Assembly: GCF_009914755.1 (NCBI RefSeq)
Contig: NC_060939.1
From: the human T2T-CHM13v2.0 reference genome, Homo sapiens
Strand: one strand, 5' to 3'
Length of the DNA: 64,000 nt
In this document: positions 14,566 to 29,470 of the stretch, in pieces
How positions within the stretch are numbered: position 1 is the stretch's first letter
How the letters are laid out: each line of letters opens with the position of its first letter
Program-made: the position numbers and the translations under genes
Notes under the pieces: model-generated
Database searches by the model: none
What the model saw: the letters and a program-made list of their open reading frames with translations, nothing else
Told to the model about the DNA's origin: nothing

Positions 14566-14989
14566 GTACATCATATGTGGAGGACACTTATGCTGTGATG
14601 GCCCCACACACAGCTTCCTTTGGGGTCTGTCCCCTGCTCTCCGTTACCCACGTGGTAGCCACTGAGCACTGGCTCTTCCTGGCTTCACTCTCTGGCATCA
14701 AAACTTATCAGTCCTACATCTCAGTCTTTTGCAAGGTGACACTTATCTGATTACCTAATTCACACGAAGGTGTTAATGGTGGTAATGGCATAGTATTTAT
14801 TACCCCAGGGGACCCAGAACGGTGGTATCAAAACATATCATTCCCCAGTGGTTTAAAACTCTGGTAGCTTTCCAGGGAGTCCAAGTGGAGTCCAGTCTCC
14901 TTAGCTGAGTTCACAGGGCCCCGTCTGCACGACTTGGCTTCTGTCGGCTTCCCTAGCCCTGACTTCCCAAGCCTTAGTCATCACCCTCT

Positions 14990-15057
14990 CTCCCACCCAG
15001 GGCTCAGCACAGTACCTGGAACAGTCAAGCCCTCAATAAATGTTTACTGAGTGCATT
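14990..15057 (+). mobile_element. L2 3' end
   Basis: cagcacagtacctggaacagtcaagccctcaataaatgtttactgagtg. Confidence 0.75.
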
Positions 15058-15829
15058 AAAAAAAAAAAAAAGATTTTAATGAGTCATGCTTTAACTGAAG
15101 ATTTTAGTGTAATCAGTCATTGGGCCTTGGATGCCAAAGGAATGACAAATGGTGGGAATTTCAGGCACAGTGACTGTGATAGCCCCAAGGAAACCAAGAG
15201 AGAAGTAGCTTTATCTGGGTGGAGGGGAGTGGGCCTTTCAGAGCCTCGAAATCTTCCCACCTGCTGCGCCACTCCCACCACATAAGCACCCCACCCTTCT
15301 TCCCAGGGTGAGATTTCTCAGCTCTGCTTTCTGGGGTGCCAGACAAGGGGAGAGCCTTGTTGCCATGCCCTCCTGCCCTCCTGCCCTCCTGATGCAGTCT
15401 GTGGTCACCTGCAGGCAGAGACAGATGAAGTCCGTCATTCGGCTGCGAGTAATTTCTGATGGGAGAGGGGCTTCCCCCGGCCCTTCCCGCCTCTCTGAGC
15501 CTTGCCACGGTCACTTGGTTTGCCCAGCCTAAGTCACTGCCTGTCGCTGTGGTTATTGCATGGACAGGGCCTCCCTCTGTCCCTCCACTTCCCTTCCCTG
15601 CCCCATACTGTTGCCCTCACCCACCCCAAAGCCTCACCCTTCCCTTCCATAGGGATATGGCCTGATAGAGGAGGAGCCATTTGATTTTGACTATTGTTGA
15701 AATTGAGTGGGGAATTTTGGGTTTGTTTTAGGTTTTGGAAGGGAGGATTATCTGAGGCTTGAGGCTTCTGTGATACTGACATCTGGTGTGGAAAGTCATC
15801 CTCCCTCACCTAGGTGACTGGGCCTCCAG

Positions 15830-16560
15830 GTCATCTCCCCGAGCAGCCTCCCTGGATCTGCTCTCCTCTCCCCCCCACCCCCCCACCACCTCCCGCGCTG
15901 TGCCCAGGGTGATCTTTCTAAAGGACAGATCTTGCTTCAGCACCTCCCTGGTTAGAACCCTTCCGTCCAGTGGTTCCTAGTGCTTCGGGGATAACTCGCC
16001 TTGTCCCTTGGGGTCTGCACAGTGTCCTCCATCTCCTCTCACTTGGCCTTGCCCTTGGGGGCTCCGGTAAGAAGCTTTCCAACCTGGCAGCTGCAGACTC
16101 TGTGCGGTTGTATTATTGCTGTAAATGGGCAGGGATTACGCATTTGTGGAGTGACTGATTTCAAGTACAACTGCCACCATGGGAGAGGTCTGTGAAAATC
16201 ACTGGAATTGAAAATGACCATGCTTTGCCCAAAAAGGTTGAGAATCCCCACTCTGATGATACTAGAAGCCTGCTTGCCTCCCCACCCTGTGCCAAGCCAT
16301 TTCTTGCCTCCTTGCTTTGCCCATACCAGCCTGGAATGTCCCAAGCCTATTCAACTTACTTCCTCCAAAACGTAGTCCCATCTTGATCTCCAGGAAGCAG
16401 CCTTCAGATGCCCCCTCCTCCTGGCCACTGCAAATGTGTCCCCCCAGCTGCTGAGCATGCCTAGGTCTGACACACACCACGATATGTTGAAATCATTGGT
16501 TTCTGGGTTATTCTTCTCACAGTCCCAGGCAGTGAGCCCTCAAGGACAGGGGCTCCATGG
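15830..16560 (+). mobile_element. Fragmented L2
   Basis: gggtgatctttctaaagg... and cctggaatgtccc...ctccaggaagcagcc motifs. Confidence 0.5.
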
Positions 16561-16914
16561 GACTGGTCTCTGGGTCGGAGGCCAGGACCCAGGTCACTAA
16601 GGGCATGTCACTCATCTGGACCACAGCTCCCTGCCTTGTGGTGTGGACTCTGTTCTCTGCACTGGGCTCGTTCTAAAACGGAGCATTTGGTCCTTGCAGC
16701 CTGCCTTGTGGTTTATGACTTAGTAGATTGAAAATGACAGTTGTGCTCTATTTTCATTTGGAAAGAAAAAAAAAAGTGGAAAACCAGAGATTGCACTGAT
16801 CTGGAGGTAGAGAGAAAACTGTGGAGATCAAAGAAGATATTATGTATTATGAATGTTACACAGATCAAGGCATGTTTGAAATAGGCTTAATTTTCCTCAA
16901 GTTGGCTTTTGTCT

Positions 16915-17045
16915 CACAATTGAGTTCTTGTTGACGAAGACCAGTTATTATTCGTCTTCGTGTCTCTGGAGTCTAGCACCTAGCACGGTGCCTGATAAAG
17001 CATGGTCACTTCACAAATACTTGTCGAAGAATGCATGGGATGAAT
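16915..17045 (+). mobile_element. L2 3' end
   Basis: cacctagcacggtgcctg...cacaaatacttgtcgaagaatg. Confidence 0.7.
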
Positions 17046-17227
17046 ATGCATTTGGGTATTTTTAATGCTTGATGATTAGAACATTCTCATGGCTTGTTAA
17101 CTTGTAAGACATAATTTTCATTGTAAGTTCTTTGTGTGTGCAAATGCTTTTTGCGTGGAATGCTTGCCATGCACTGAAAAATGCTTTGTGATAGCAGTTT
17201 TGAAAAATTGAGTCATTTTGCCCTGAT

Positions 17228-17300
17228 TGAAGCTGGGTGACCTTGTGCAAGTCACTTTAACCCTCTGGGACTTGTGGCCCTCATCTGTAAAATGGGTAGA
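17228..17300 (+). mobile_element. MIR core
   Basis: gctgggtgaccttgtgcaagtcactttaaccc...catctgtaaaatggg. Confidence 0.7.
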
Positions 17301-18684
17301 AGGTCAGAGTGGACCTCGTGGCCTGAGAGGCTAGTACCCCATGCTGCATGTAAGTCTTACATCCTCCTCTTTGGTGATTGGATACTGACCCTCTCCCCAG
17401 GGGTTCCTGCACAGAGCTGGAATTCTCTCTGGTGTCTTTGCATTCCAGTGGGTGGAATGCCTTGTTTCTCAGTAGCAATGAGAAATGTTAATGTGAGGTT
17501 ATGAAAGCAAGCCAAGAGCCATGGAATAATTAAAACACACACGCACACAAAGAAGGAAAAGCGAGAGGGGGAAACACACTTAATGGACAAGGGATGAGTA
17601 AAACCCAATGGACTGAGAAAACCCCAGAGCTGAACTTCACATGACCCCGCGTGCTGCCTGCAGTTGCGACACCCGCGTGCCCCTTACGCTCCGCCGGCCT
17701 CTCAGTGATGTCAGTGGGCCATGGGCCCCACAGGAAGCAGGGGCTGCCATCAGCCTGGTGGAGCGTGCCAGCCCGCTCCTCCTCCACGGCCCACTTCCCA
17801 CCCACCCGGGTCTCCAGATAACATGAAGCCATAGCTCCCAGGCTCGTCAGCGGGGGAAACCAACTCAGTGCTTCTCAGAAAATAGAACCCCAGCCCATTA
17901 GTGATGTCCACGCAGGCAAGAGATGACCAAGAAGAATGTTTGCCTTTTAGGAGTTCTCTGCCTGAAACCAGCAGGTTTCCTTTAGGGATAGGGTGACTGT
18001 GCTTGCTGAACACCTCTAGGTCGTCAGTGAATGAAATAATTCATTCTGTGCTTGAGTGTCTAAGACCCAGGGGGTTTAGGAATAATTAGGATACTGGCTG
18101 TACCCTTGGAGTTCTGTGCTGCTTGGGGGATACGACTCAAACTCACAGACATCTGTGGCTCAAATCAAGGCATATAGATGCAGTGACTCTTGGAACATTC
18201 GAGGGAGAATCACCACCTCTGCTGGTGGAGGAAAGGCCAGGAACTGCCCACCTAGTTTTCCCATGACCCCAGCCTGTAGCGGGATATGTCAGAAGATTTG
18301 GATTTAGAGGAACTTGGGTTTGACAAAATAGAAGTGTATGTATATAAACAGAGTTGGGAGTGATGGGGGATAGGATGCTGACAGCACCTTGGTAGTCCCT
18401 CCCCCTACGTGACAGTATTGACTTCATAGTGTTGTTGTGAGGCTTGAAGAAGATACAAGAGGGAAGAGGAGCGTTCCTTGCCGTGCAGATGCAAATGCTC
18501 ATTGTTACTTGTTCTGCCTCTCTGTGTCTGTGACATCCAGCCCTGTGTGGGCTACCCTGGTTGCAAAGTGGGCCTCCTGCCGTTGAGCAGCTATGGTCCA
18601 GTGGGCAGGTACACCACAGTCATGGAAGCCTAGTTAAATCATTACATAATAGTTAGCTCTGTATGACCAATCTTTTCTTTAAAG

Positions 18685-18872
18685 AAATTCTTCCTTTTGG
18701 AATAATCGTAGATACACAGAAAAACTGTACACAGATAATACAGAAAGTTCCAGTGTACCCCTGACCCAGATGTCCGTAATGTTAACATCTTGTATTACCA
18801 TGGTACACATGTCAAAACTCAGAAACAACATTGGTACATTACTAGTAACACAAGTCCAGACTTTATTCAGTA
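18685..18872 (-). mobile_element. L1MC-type 3' end fragment
   Basis: ttttggaataatcgtagatacacagaaaa...gttaacatcttgtattaccatggtacac. Confidence 0.7.
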
Positions 18873-19687
18873 AACCTTTTGAAAAATAATAGCTTTATTG
18901 GCATATAATTCATACACCATAAATCTGCTCTTTTAAGGGATATGATTTAGTGGTTTTTAGTGTATTAATGGAGTTGTACAACCATCATCACTATCTAATT
19001 TTAGAACATTTTCAACACCACAAAAAGAAACCTCATACCCATTAACAGTCACTTCCTGCCCATCCCCCTTAGCCCTGGCAACTTAGTCTACTTTCTGGTT
19101 CTCTGGATTTGCCTCTTTTGGACATTTCATGTAGATGAAATCATACAATTTGTGGACTTTTGTGTTTGACTTCTTTCACTTAACATATTTTCAGGGTTCA
19201 TCCATTTGTAGCATGTGTCAGTACTTCATTCCTTTTTATGGCCAAATAGTATTCCAGTGTATGGATATACCACATTTTGTTTGTCCTTTCTTCAGTTGAT
19301 AGACATTTGGGTTGTTTTCACTTCTTGGCTATTGTAAATAATGCTGCTACGAATATTTGTGTACAAGCTTTTTTTGTGGAAATGTGTTTTCATTTATCTT
19401 GAGTAGATACCTAGAAGTAGAATTATGGGGTCATTTGGTAGCTTTGTTTACCTTTTTGAGAAACTGCCAAATTGTTTTCCAAAGTGGTTGTGTGGTTGTA
19501 CCATTTTACAGTCTCACCACCAATGTATGAGGGTTCCAGTTCTCCCCATCCTTGTCAACACTTGTTATTGTCTGTTTTATTTTAGCCATTCTAGTGGATG
19601 TGAGGTGGTATCTCATTATAGTTTTGATTTGCATTTCCCTATTGGCTAATGATATTGATCATCTCTCCTTGTGCTTTTTGGCATTTG

Positions 19688-19990
19688 TGTTTTTTGTTTG
19701 TTTGTTTTTGAGATTGAGTCTTGCTGGGATGTCCAGGCTGGAGTGCAATGGTGCCATCTCGGCTCACTGCAGCCTCTGCTTCCTGGGTTCAAGTGATTCT
19801 CCTGCCTCAGCCTCCTGAGTCACTGGGATTACGGGTGTGTGCCACCACACCTGGCTAATTTTTGTATTTTTAGTAGAGACAGGGTTTCACCATGATGGCC
19901 AGGTTGGTCTTGAACTCCTGACCTCAGATGATCCACCTGCCTCAGCCTCCCAAAGTGTTGGGATTACGGGCATAGCCACCGCACCTGGCC
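19688..19990 (-). mobile_element. AluS
   Basis: Full-length reverse-strand Alu. Confidence 0.95.
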
Positions 19991-20036
19991 TTCCATTTGT
20001 ATATCTTGTTTGGAGGAACATCTACAAATCCTTTAG

Positions 20037-20537
<501 letters not shown>

Positions 20538-20963
20538 TGAAGCACAAAAGTTTTTAATTCTGATGAAGCTAAATTTGTTTTACTTTCGTCACTTTTGCTT
20601 TTTGTGTTGTATCTAAGAAACTGTTGCTTAATCCAGGGTCACAAAAATTTACTCCCTTGCATTCTTCTAAGAGTTTTATAATTTTAGCTCTTATATTTAG
20701 GTCTTTGATCCATCTTGACCTGATTTTTGTATAAGATGTGAGGTAGGGGTTCAACTTCATTCTTTTGCATGTGAATATCCAGATGTCCATGCACTGTTTG
20801 TTGAGAAGAATGTGCTTTCCCCAGTGAATTGTCTTGGCACCCTTGTAGAAAATCATTTGACTGTAAATGTAAAGGTTTCTTTTTGGACTCTTAAGATTCT
20901 CTTTTATTGATCCATACATCTATCCTCATGACAGTCTTGACTACTATAGCTTTGTAGTATTAA

Positions 20964-21313
<350 letters not shown>

Positions 21314-22489
21314 TTAAAATATATTTTTCAAAATCTACATTGTTCAAAAAAAGAATCTGTGGTAACTCTCAGAAATCCAATAATTACAATAGTAAATACA
21401 AGTAAAGATAGACAAGGAAATTAGGGGAGAAGACAAGAAAATAGGAAAATAAGATGACATAAGAGTTAATGTTAGTACAACAACTAATATGTTGTAAGGT
21501 TTGTGAGATTGTTGGAAGTAGCCTGCACATTTGGCCTTGAGCTTTCTAGCAGCCAAGGGTAAAATGGAAATGTGACTAATGACAAGATTAACACAGATGT
21601 CTGAAAGATTGTTTAAAAAAATGTCCCCACCTCCAATATTTTCAGGGACTGAAATATAAGCATATTTCTCCCATAGATCCTAGGAACCTGAGCTTCTCAC
21701 GCACAGGATCATTTCATTTGTGTTAGTTCTTTCCCTTTAGACGAATAGCTCTTTGAGGACAGTAACTGTGTCTTATTTCCCTCACATCTCCCTGTAGTGC
21801 TTAGGACAAAGCATGGGAGATGCTTACAAAATCTTGATTGAATTCTTTTTCAAATTGGGAATGTTTATTACATTCTTTGGCAGCATTTCTGCCACCAGGT
21901 TGAGGTTAGTTGGGACCAATTTGGCGGTGGAGAAGTGGCAGGGGCTGCCCTCCTGGATGCATTTTAGAAGTGTTTTCTTGCATCATGCTTCCTGAGTGCT
22001 GGCTAAGCAGTGGAAACATTGGGCAGGTGGGGTTGTGTGCCCTTGCCCTGAGAGATGGCCGTCACTTTGGAGTGAAGGTAAGCAGCATTGCTTCACTCAT
22101 GTGGAACCCACCCGCCTTCCCACCTCCTCAGCGCTGGAGGGTCCTCTCTCTCGCCCACTCCCTCTGACATGCCTCTGAGACTGCCTGCCCGATGGAAATA
22201 TCCAGCATGTATGAGGGAGGTCCTGGCCAAAACTGAACAGCTTCTCATGGAATTGGGCCCCTCATCACCTACGGTTATGTGTGGCGCACAGATGGCCACT
22301 CTGCAAAGAGGCCCACCCAGATAGCTCCCTCACCGGGGGCAAGGAACAAGCCACCTTCAACTGATTACATGTCATATTGGGTGGACCTCTTCGTCCCACA
22401 CCCAATAAAGGGCTTTACCATTTTTCAGTAGCATCCTTTCTTAAGAGAAACAAAAAATAGATTTGAATACCAGTCTTTAAAGGGGTAGT

Positions 22490-22610
22490 TGTCATTACTT
22501 CGCAGTTGACAGATGGGGAAATGGAGGTTCAGGGTGCGTTACCTGCCTGCTCTAAGTCATATGGTGAGTGGGTTGCGAAGACCTGACTCCAACCCAGAGA
22601 ATCTTGACTT
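22490..22610 (-). mobile_element. MIR
   Basis: ttgacagatggggaaatggaggttcag. Confidence 0.65.
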
Positions 22611-23627
22611 TGACTTCATCCTCCCCTCCTTCCACCTGCCAGTACCCAGTCTTTATCTAAATTTAGGGGGCTTGAGAGGCCATTCTTTCTATTTTGGGTA
22701 CCTTCAAACAGGTAAGCACAGTTTTCTTTGAAGTTACCTCTGCCTCCATGTGGGAGAGTATCAACAAACAGTTCCCCCTTCCCCCTCCAAAAGCACTCTC
22801 TGCACAGTCACCCCTAGGCCAGGAGCAGCCTTGTAATGTGCCACACATGTTGTTACTGCCTGTGGCTTTTCACACCTCCTGTCTCAAATATTGGAGCTTT
22901 TTTGGCTACAGCCCTGTGATGAAGGCAGTGTGGGTGCTGTTGACCCTATCTTACCCATATGGACACTACATCATCTAGGGTCACCCTGTTGGTTGGGATC
23001 TGGAGTAAGCCCAGAGGCCAGGATTCTGACTTCTGGTCCAGTGCTCTGCCCTAGGCCTTGAGCAAATGTGTATCAAGTTGCACTGACAATCTTTGAATTC
23101 CTGGAACTCATGCCATGAGCACTTCCAGGAGCACCTTAGTGCTTCATTACAAAGATGATGAGACGTAGGAAAGTCTTTTTTTTTTTCCCACGGAAGCAGA
23201 ATCTCACCCACACCCGCAGATTTTGTTGTGTCCCTTCAGCACTGAGCTGTGTTCTCAGAACAGAACAGGTAGAATAGAGTCAAAATGCAAACAGAATGGC
23301 CTCCCTCCACAGTCTGCTTTGATGGAAATGTGATGCCAAGCAAACAGAAAAGTTGTTTTGGCTCCATCTCTGAGGTCATTTAGTTGCTATTTCCATCTAC
23401 TTTGAATCCACATCTGCTGTGTGCTCAGAGCCGTGCTGGTTGCCAAAGAATCCAACAAGAAAAAGGCATGGCCCCCTTTGGGGCGCTTGGGTCCTCTCGC
23501 AGTGCCCCAAGCCCAGGTGAGAGACATGCCCTCTGGGCCGTGATTCCCTCATCAGTAAAGCAAGGAAGATAATGTCTGGTTAACCACCCTCCTGGAGTCA
23601 TGGCAAGGCTGATACAGATTCAGTGGC

Positions 23628-23870
23628 ATTAACTCATTTGTTCATTCAGCACATTTTACTGGCAACTTATGCTGTGCTGGGCTCTGGATATAGTAGTGAG
23701 CAAAGAGGAAGCACTCACAAGGGTAACACTGCAAATGCTAGGAGTCATGCATGAGAAGTCCAGGGAGCCTGATTCCATTTGAGCAAGGGGTGGTGGTCTG
23801 GGAAGGTTCCCCCAAGGAAAAGACATTGGAGCCAAGACCAAAGGGTGGGTAGGAGTAATCAGAAGAGCAT
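23628..23870 (-). mobile_element. L2 3' fragment
   Basis: tcatttgttcattcagcacattttactggcaacttatgctgtgctgggc. Confidence 0.7.
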
Positions 23871-25733
23871 GTCTCTCATCTCTGGACTTCTGTAGAGAGA
23901 CTTCTGTAACCACTGTACCCTCTGGAAGTGGGTACAGAAGTCCAGAGATGAGAGAGATGTTTAACAACAGAGAGAAATCCACCCGAAGGACTTTTTACAT
24001 CTCTCTAACATCTCCTGTTCAGTTTATCTCAGCTGGCCTTTGCTGAGCACCAGTTAGTTGCCTTGTGCATCCCTGGGTGATGGATTATGGAGATGGCAGT
24101 GGTTGACACTGTCTGAGAGCAGCTCCCAGATAAACCAGCGCACTGTGGTTGATGGGCTGCCTCCAGGTAGAGAGTGAGGCCCTCCAAGCACATCCTGGCC
24201 ATCCACATCTTCACATTTGCAGTGCCTAGCACACAGTGGACAAAAGGGATATACTGGACACGTTGTCCTAGGATGCAGATTCCTACCAGGCCTTCAAGGC
24301 TTGTAGAAATCTTCCCTAAAACTGATCATGTGGCCTCCGGTAAGGAATCTAAGCTTTTGAATCTTGGATCCATCTCGGGCACAGGGATAACGGTGGCGCC
24401 CATCTCACGGGGTGTGTGGACGTTGTCTCAATAATGACTGACGTGCTGAGCAAGTACCTGGCTGGAGAAGCGTGTGGTAAAGGGGAGCAGCTGTGATTAT
24501 TATGGGTATCATTCCTAGTGGTTCTGCAATTAGTCTTGACAGTAAGTGCTGCAGGACTTCAGACAAGGAGAGGCTACAGGTGTGGAAGTGCTCCTCAAAG
24601 CCTGTGGGACCTAAATGGGCACAGTGAAGGAGAGTCTTAGGTGGAAGCAAGAAAACTGAGCATCAGGAAGGGAGCAAGACCCTTGGTGATGGGGGTATCT
24701 GTTCTGCATGGAGGATAGATGACTTCTCAGCCATTGGGAAACCAGCTAACCAGCTTTCTGCTTGATGGTTGTAGTAAAATCCCATGATTAGTGACAATGG
24801 CATGCCAGGTTTGAAGAGCAAAGGTCAGGAGGTGAGAAAGCAGATAAATGCAATGTTTATCTTGAAAGAAGTTGTCAACTACTTGGAAATCCCCAAGCTT
24901 ACTTCCTCCAGGAAGCCATTCTGGACTACTTCACCCAGTTCTCATAGCTCCCGGGCCCTCCATCTTCCCAGCACTGAAACACACACTGAAAAGGGCATTT
25001 TTCTAAATATGTCTCTGCCTCCCCTTGTGGAGGGATGTGGCTCCTTGAGATCTGGGGTCACGGCTGGCGTGTTTCGTGGAGTAGCTAGAAAGAGTAATAA
25101 TCCTTTTTGAATGCACAGCATTTACAGAGGCCTCACAGGCTGAAAATGGTAATTAGGATACACAATTGGGTCTTTTGACCTCAAATCCAGGCATTTTCCC
25201 ACCTTGTGGGCCTCACTCAAATGATGACCCCAGGTTCTGCCTGTGATGAATGAGCAGGCATGGTTTTGTTCTGTTAGGATATGACGGTAGAAGAGAGCTG
25301 TTTGTCAGAACCAGCAGTGGCTTCAGATCTTGAAAGTCCAACTCCTTCATTTTACAGAGGAGGAAACCTGTGCCCCAAAGCAGGTCCCCCCAAGTTCCAG
25401 CCCAGTGCCACCCCACTGCACAGAGCAGCTGTCTCCTTTTGATCATGAGGAAGCCACCAGGTCCCTGGTGGAGTTCAGCAGATGTGCCGGGTGGGCGACT
25501 CTGGTGGGTGTGAGGATGTTTCCTTTCCTGCTGGGAAGTCCTCCAAGCTCTTGTGAAAGAGATGTGGTTTGTCGAGCATGGATTTTCAAACTTTCTTTAT
25601 AGAGAGCTGTTGTTAGCTTAAAAATGCCTGGAAACATGATCAAGTGTAATGTTTTAATGATAACATAGAAGCACATAGTACTAAGCACATGTAATGAGAA
25701 TGTACAGAACTCTCTAGTAAGAGTCTGAAATTT

Positions 25734-26098
<365 letters not shown>

Positions 26099-26789
26099 CT
26101 AACTCACAGCGTCGGGGAAGATAGGCACGGAACAAGTCATCTGGTGTGGTCCCTGCAGTGGGGGAGCCCAGTGAGGGCCTGTCCAGCCCAGCTGAGAGGA
26201 GACTGAGAGAAGGCTAGGTGGCATAAGTAAAGATATGGATAGCGCTTTCCTCTTCAGAGTGTTTATTACCAGGGTTAGATAAAGCAGATCTCATGTATTT
26301 TCTGCTACTAAGTAGAAGTTCTTGTTTTGTTTGATTTCTGGTGGGCTTTGATATTTTCCAAAAAGATAATAACTCATTGTAGAGTAAGATCAGGACTGGG
26401 GCCAGCAGACTTGGGTCCAAAGGTGTGTCATTTTTATACCAGACTAGAATCGGGTGAGGGGAGATGTAAAGAGATCACTATTGTCACGGAAGGCGCTGGA
26501 AGGAGCTCTGCTTAGAAAAAATGCCTTTCTCTAGGAGGTTTTCATCCAGCATGGGAACACAAAACACCAGTTTAAAATAGCTAGGTAAGGCTTCACAGTC
26601 TCTCAATGTGATGTGGGTGTCCTGAGTCGTGAACATCCCATTGTGCAGGATAAAATGCTGGTTTCTGAGCTGTCTTTCAAGACACAACCCAAATGCTGTC
26701 TTTGCCATGGTGCCTTCCTTGGGAACCCAAGCCAGGTGAGGTCTGCCTTTTCTCTGATGTTGCCTAACTTTTCCTCTTTGTGTCCCTTG

Positions 26790-27340
26790 AGCTCAGGGAC
26801 ATGCATCCCCTGTTGTACCTAGCACAGAATCATGCACAAGCAGGTGCTTGTTAACTGTTGGTGTGTACCAACAAACATTTACGGAGCACCTATTAGCAGG
26901 AGCACAGGCCAAGGAGCTGGATAGATGAGCGTGGAGTTTGGGGGAGAGGTCTGAGCTGAGATATACATTTGTGAGTCATCATTGTATGGATGAGGCCGGG
27001 CTGGGGAGGATATGAGCGTAGAATGAGAAGGTCCAGACCTGCACCTGAAGAACAGCCCCATTTAGGGAATGCAGGGAGAGACAGAGGAAAAGCAAGATGG
27101 TGCACAGTGACATTGAAGGTGAGTGACGAGACCCTGCAGCAAGAGGAAAGGAGCAGCAGTGCTAGATGTTGCAGAGAACCCAGAATGGTAAGGCCTGAAA
27201 ACCATGTGTTTTAGATTCTGTAACCTGGAGGCCACTAGGTGACCTTAGCAAGGGCAGTCATGATGGAGTGTTGGGGCTGAAGCCCATTGCAGGGAGGCCC
27301 ATAGTCAATGGGAGGTGGGCAGTAGACACAGAGAGCTGGG
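26790..27340. mobile_element. Two L2 fragments tail-to-tail (+ 26790-26862; - 26867-27340)
   Basis: cctagcacag...aggtgcttgttaactgttgg followed by caacaaacatttacggagcaccta and the reverse-strand L2 body. Confidence 0.7.
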
Positions 27341-27676
27341 TTATTCTTGCCACACAGCTGTGCTGGGGCCATGGCGGGGGTGGGGGTGCCACAGAGTGGG
27401 AGCCAGAGAGGGACCTGGGTAAGGGCTGACCGTGGGTGGGGAGCGCATGGAGTGCTTTCAGAGGCCAAGTGAGTGGAACTGTCTATGAAGCAGATGGATG
27501 GAACCCTGGCTGAATTATCTCAGACTTGCCAAAGACATTCATAAAATTCAGACCCGCACACACTCGGGAATGGGAAAAATGAATTATTTTGTAAGAAGCT
27601 TATAGTCCAAAGGTAGAATTGCCCAAGAGAGCTTCTGAAAGGAAAAAGTCATAGCAAGTTGATATTTTTAAAGTGA

Positions 27677-28033
<357 letters not shown>

Positions 28034-28678
28034 TAGTAAGCCTCTTGCAACTCACTAGGAGTGGATTTCTAGGACCTCCCCACTTTCTTGCTTGTTGTTT
28101 CTTTTGCTAGCCGTAAGTCCCTGGAGTACACTGGGTACTTTATGGGAAAAAGAGGAACAGTGTGGGACAGACTTTGCCCTGAGCTGCTTAACGTGATGTG
28201 GGGAACAGAGGTGATAAGAGCCTGTGGCAGCTCAGGCAGCCCTGCCATGACCTGGAGTTGGGGAGGGGTATCAAGGATAACAAGTCTTATACACATGCCA
28301 TGCTGTTTCTTTGGATCAATAGATGGATAATTTTTAAAACCCCCTGTATGTATCAAACTCACTTTGGAGATGTAAGGCATGGCCTCTGTCCTGGTGACAG
28401 TATCTGAGTGGGAGGCCTGGTAAAATGTCTGTGTTTAGGATGATGAACGCCATAATCTAAGACTGCTAAGTGCTGTGGGGTGGTCTAGAAGGGCAGATGG
28501 GCTAGCTGCGAGGAGGGCAGAGGCACTGTGCAATGGTGTTGCCTGGGAACACTCCGTGGAGAGTGTGGGAATCTCACCCTGGCCCTACCAGGTAAGAAAT
28601 TGGGCCTGGGAAATTGGGAAGGGAATTTTTCAAGCTTCATGGCTGCTCCAGGACTTGAACTAAGACTTTCCTTTAGAG

Positions 28679-28899
28679 CAAGCTTGTCCACCCTCTGGCC
28701 CGTGGGCCGCATGTAGCCCAGGAGAGCTTTGAATGCAGCCCAACACAAATTCATAAACTTTCTGAAAACATTGTAAGATTTTTTTTTTGCGATTATTTTT
28801 TAGCTCATCAGCTATCGTTAGTTAGCGTATTTTATGTGTGGCCCAAGATGACGACTCTTCCATCGTGGCCCAGGGAAGCCAAAACACCGGACACCCCTG
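28679..28899 (-). mobile_element. MER30 (hAT-Charlie)
   Basis: caagcttgtcca...ggacacccctg termini and the MER30 body; near-TSD ctttagag / cttagag. Confidence 0.9.
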
Positions 28900-29039
28900 C
28901 TTAGAGAAAGTGCGTTTTCTGTTATAAAAGGACCTTGAATCCCCATCTCATATGTTGGGACTTTGTCTTGCATGTTTTCAGGCAGGGCATGATTGTATCT
29001 GTAACATAATAATATGTAAGAATGTGTACTTCTTAGCCT

Positions 29040-29470
29040 TTGCAGAGAGGCGGGAGGCCTGTTTCCTGCAGCCCCCGCCCTGTCCTGGCTGAGGGGTGGG
29101 AGGCAGCTTGCTGGCCAGCCCCGCTGAGTCACCCTCCGGCGTGGAGCCCGGTGGGGATTTCCACGCGGCCCCAGTGTTCTCTTCTCCTCGTTTCCTGTTG
29201 GGCTGTGACGCAGGCTGGCTGCCAGCGGGTGCCGGTGGGCACTCCTGACACAGGCCACTGCCAGCCGGCCTTGTGGGTCCTGAGGGCATCGTGGGTGGCT
29301 CTCCCCCCACGAGTGACTGTGCCTGGCAGGGTGTGCCCCACATGTCAGTTGCACTCCGTTCTGGGTGGGCAGCTCCCAGAGGCCCCGGGGAGGGCTGCAG
29401 ATGGGCGGGGGGTGGCTGCCTGGGAGGACGGGAGGTTTTGTTGAAGAGAGAGCTTGCTCTTGGGGCAGTT
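29040..29470. promoter_or_regulatory. GC/CpG-rich candidate enhancer (AP-1, NF-kB, CRE-like, ETS, GC boxes)
   Basis: TGAGTCA 29125-29131, GGGGATTTCC 29153-29162, TGACGCA 29206-29212, two TTTCCTG and two GC boxes, all in non-repeat sequence. Confidence 0.6.

Noticed and set aside
16934-16961. 8-bp stem-loop acgaagac/gtcttcgt
   Set aside because: Short, inside an L2 relic, expected by chance.
20569-20919. ORF with protein-like sequence
   Set aside because: Degenerate L1 ORF2 fragment, not a host gene.
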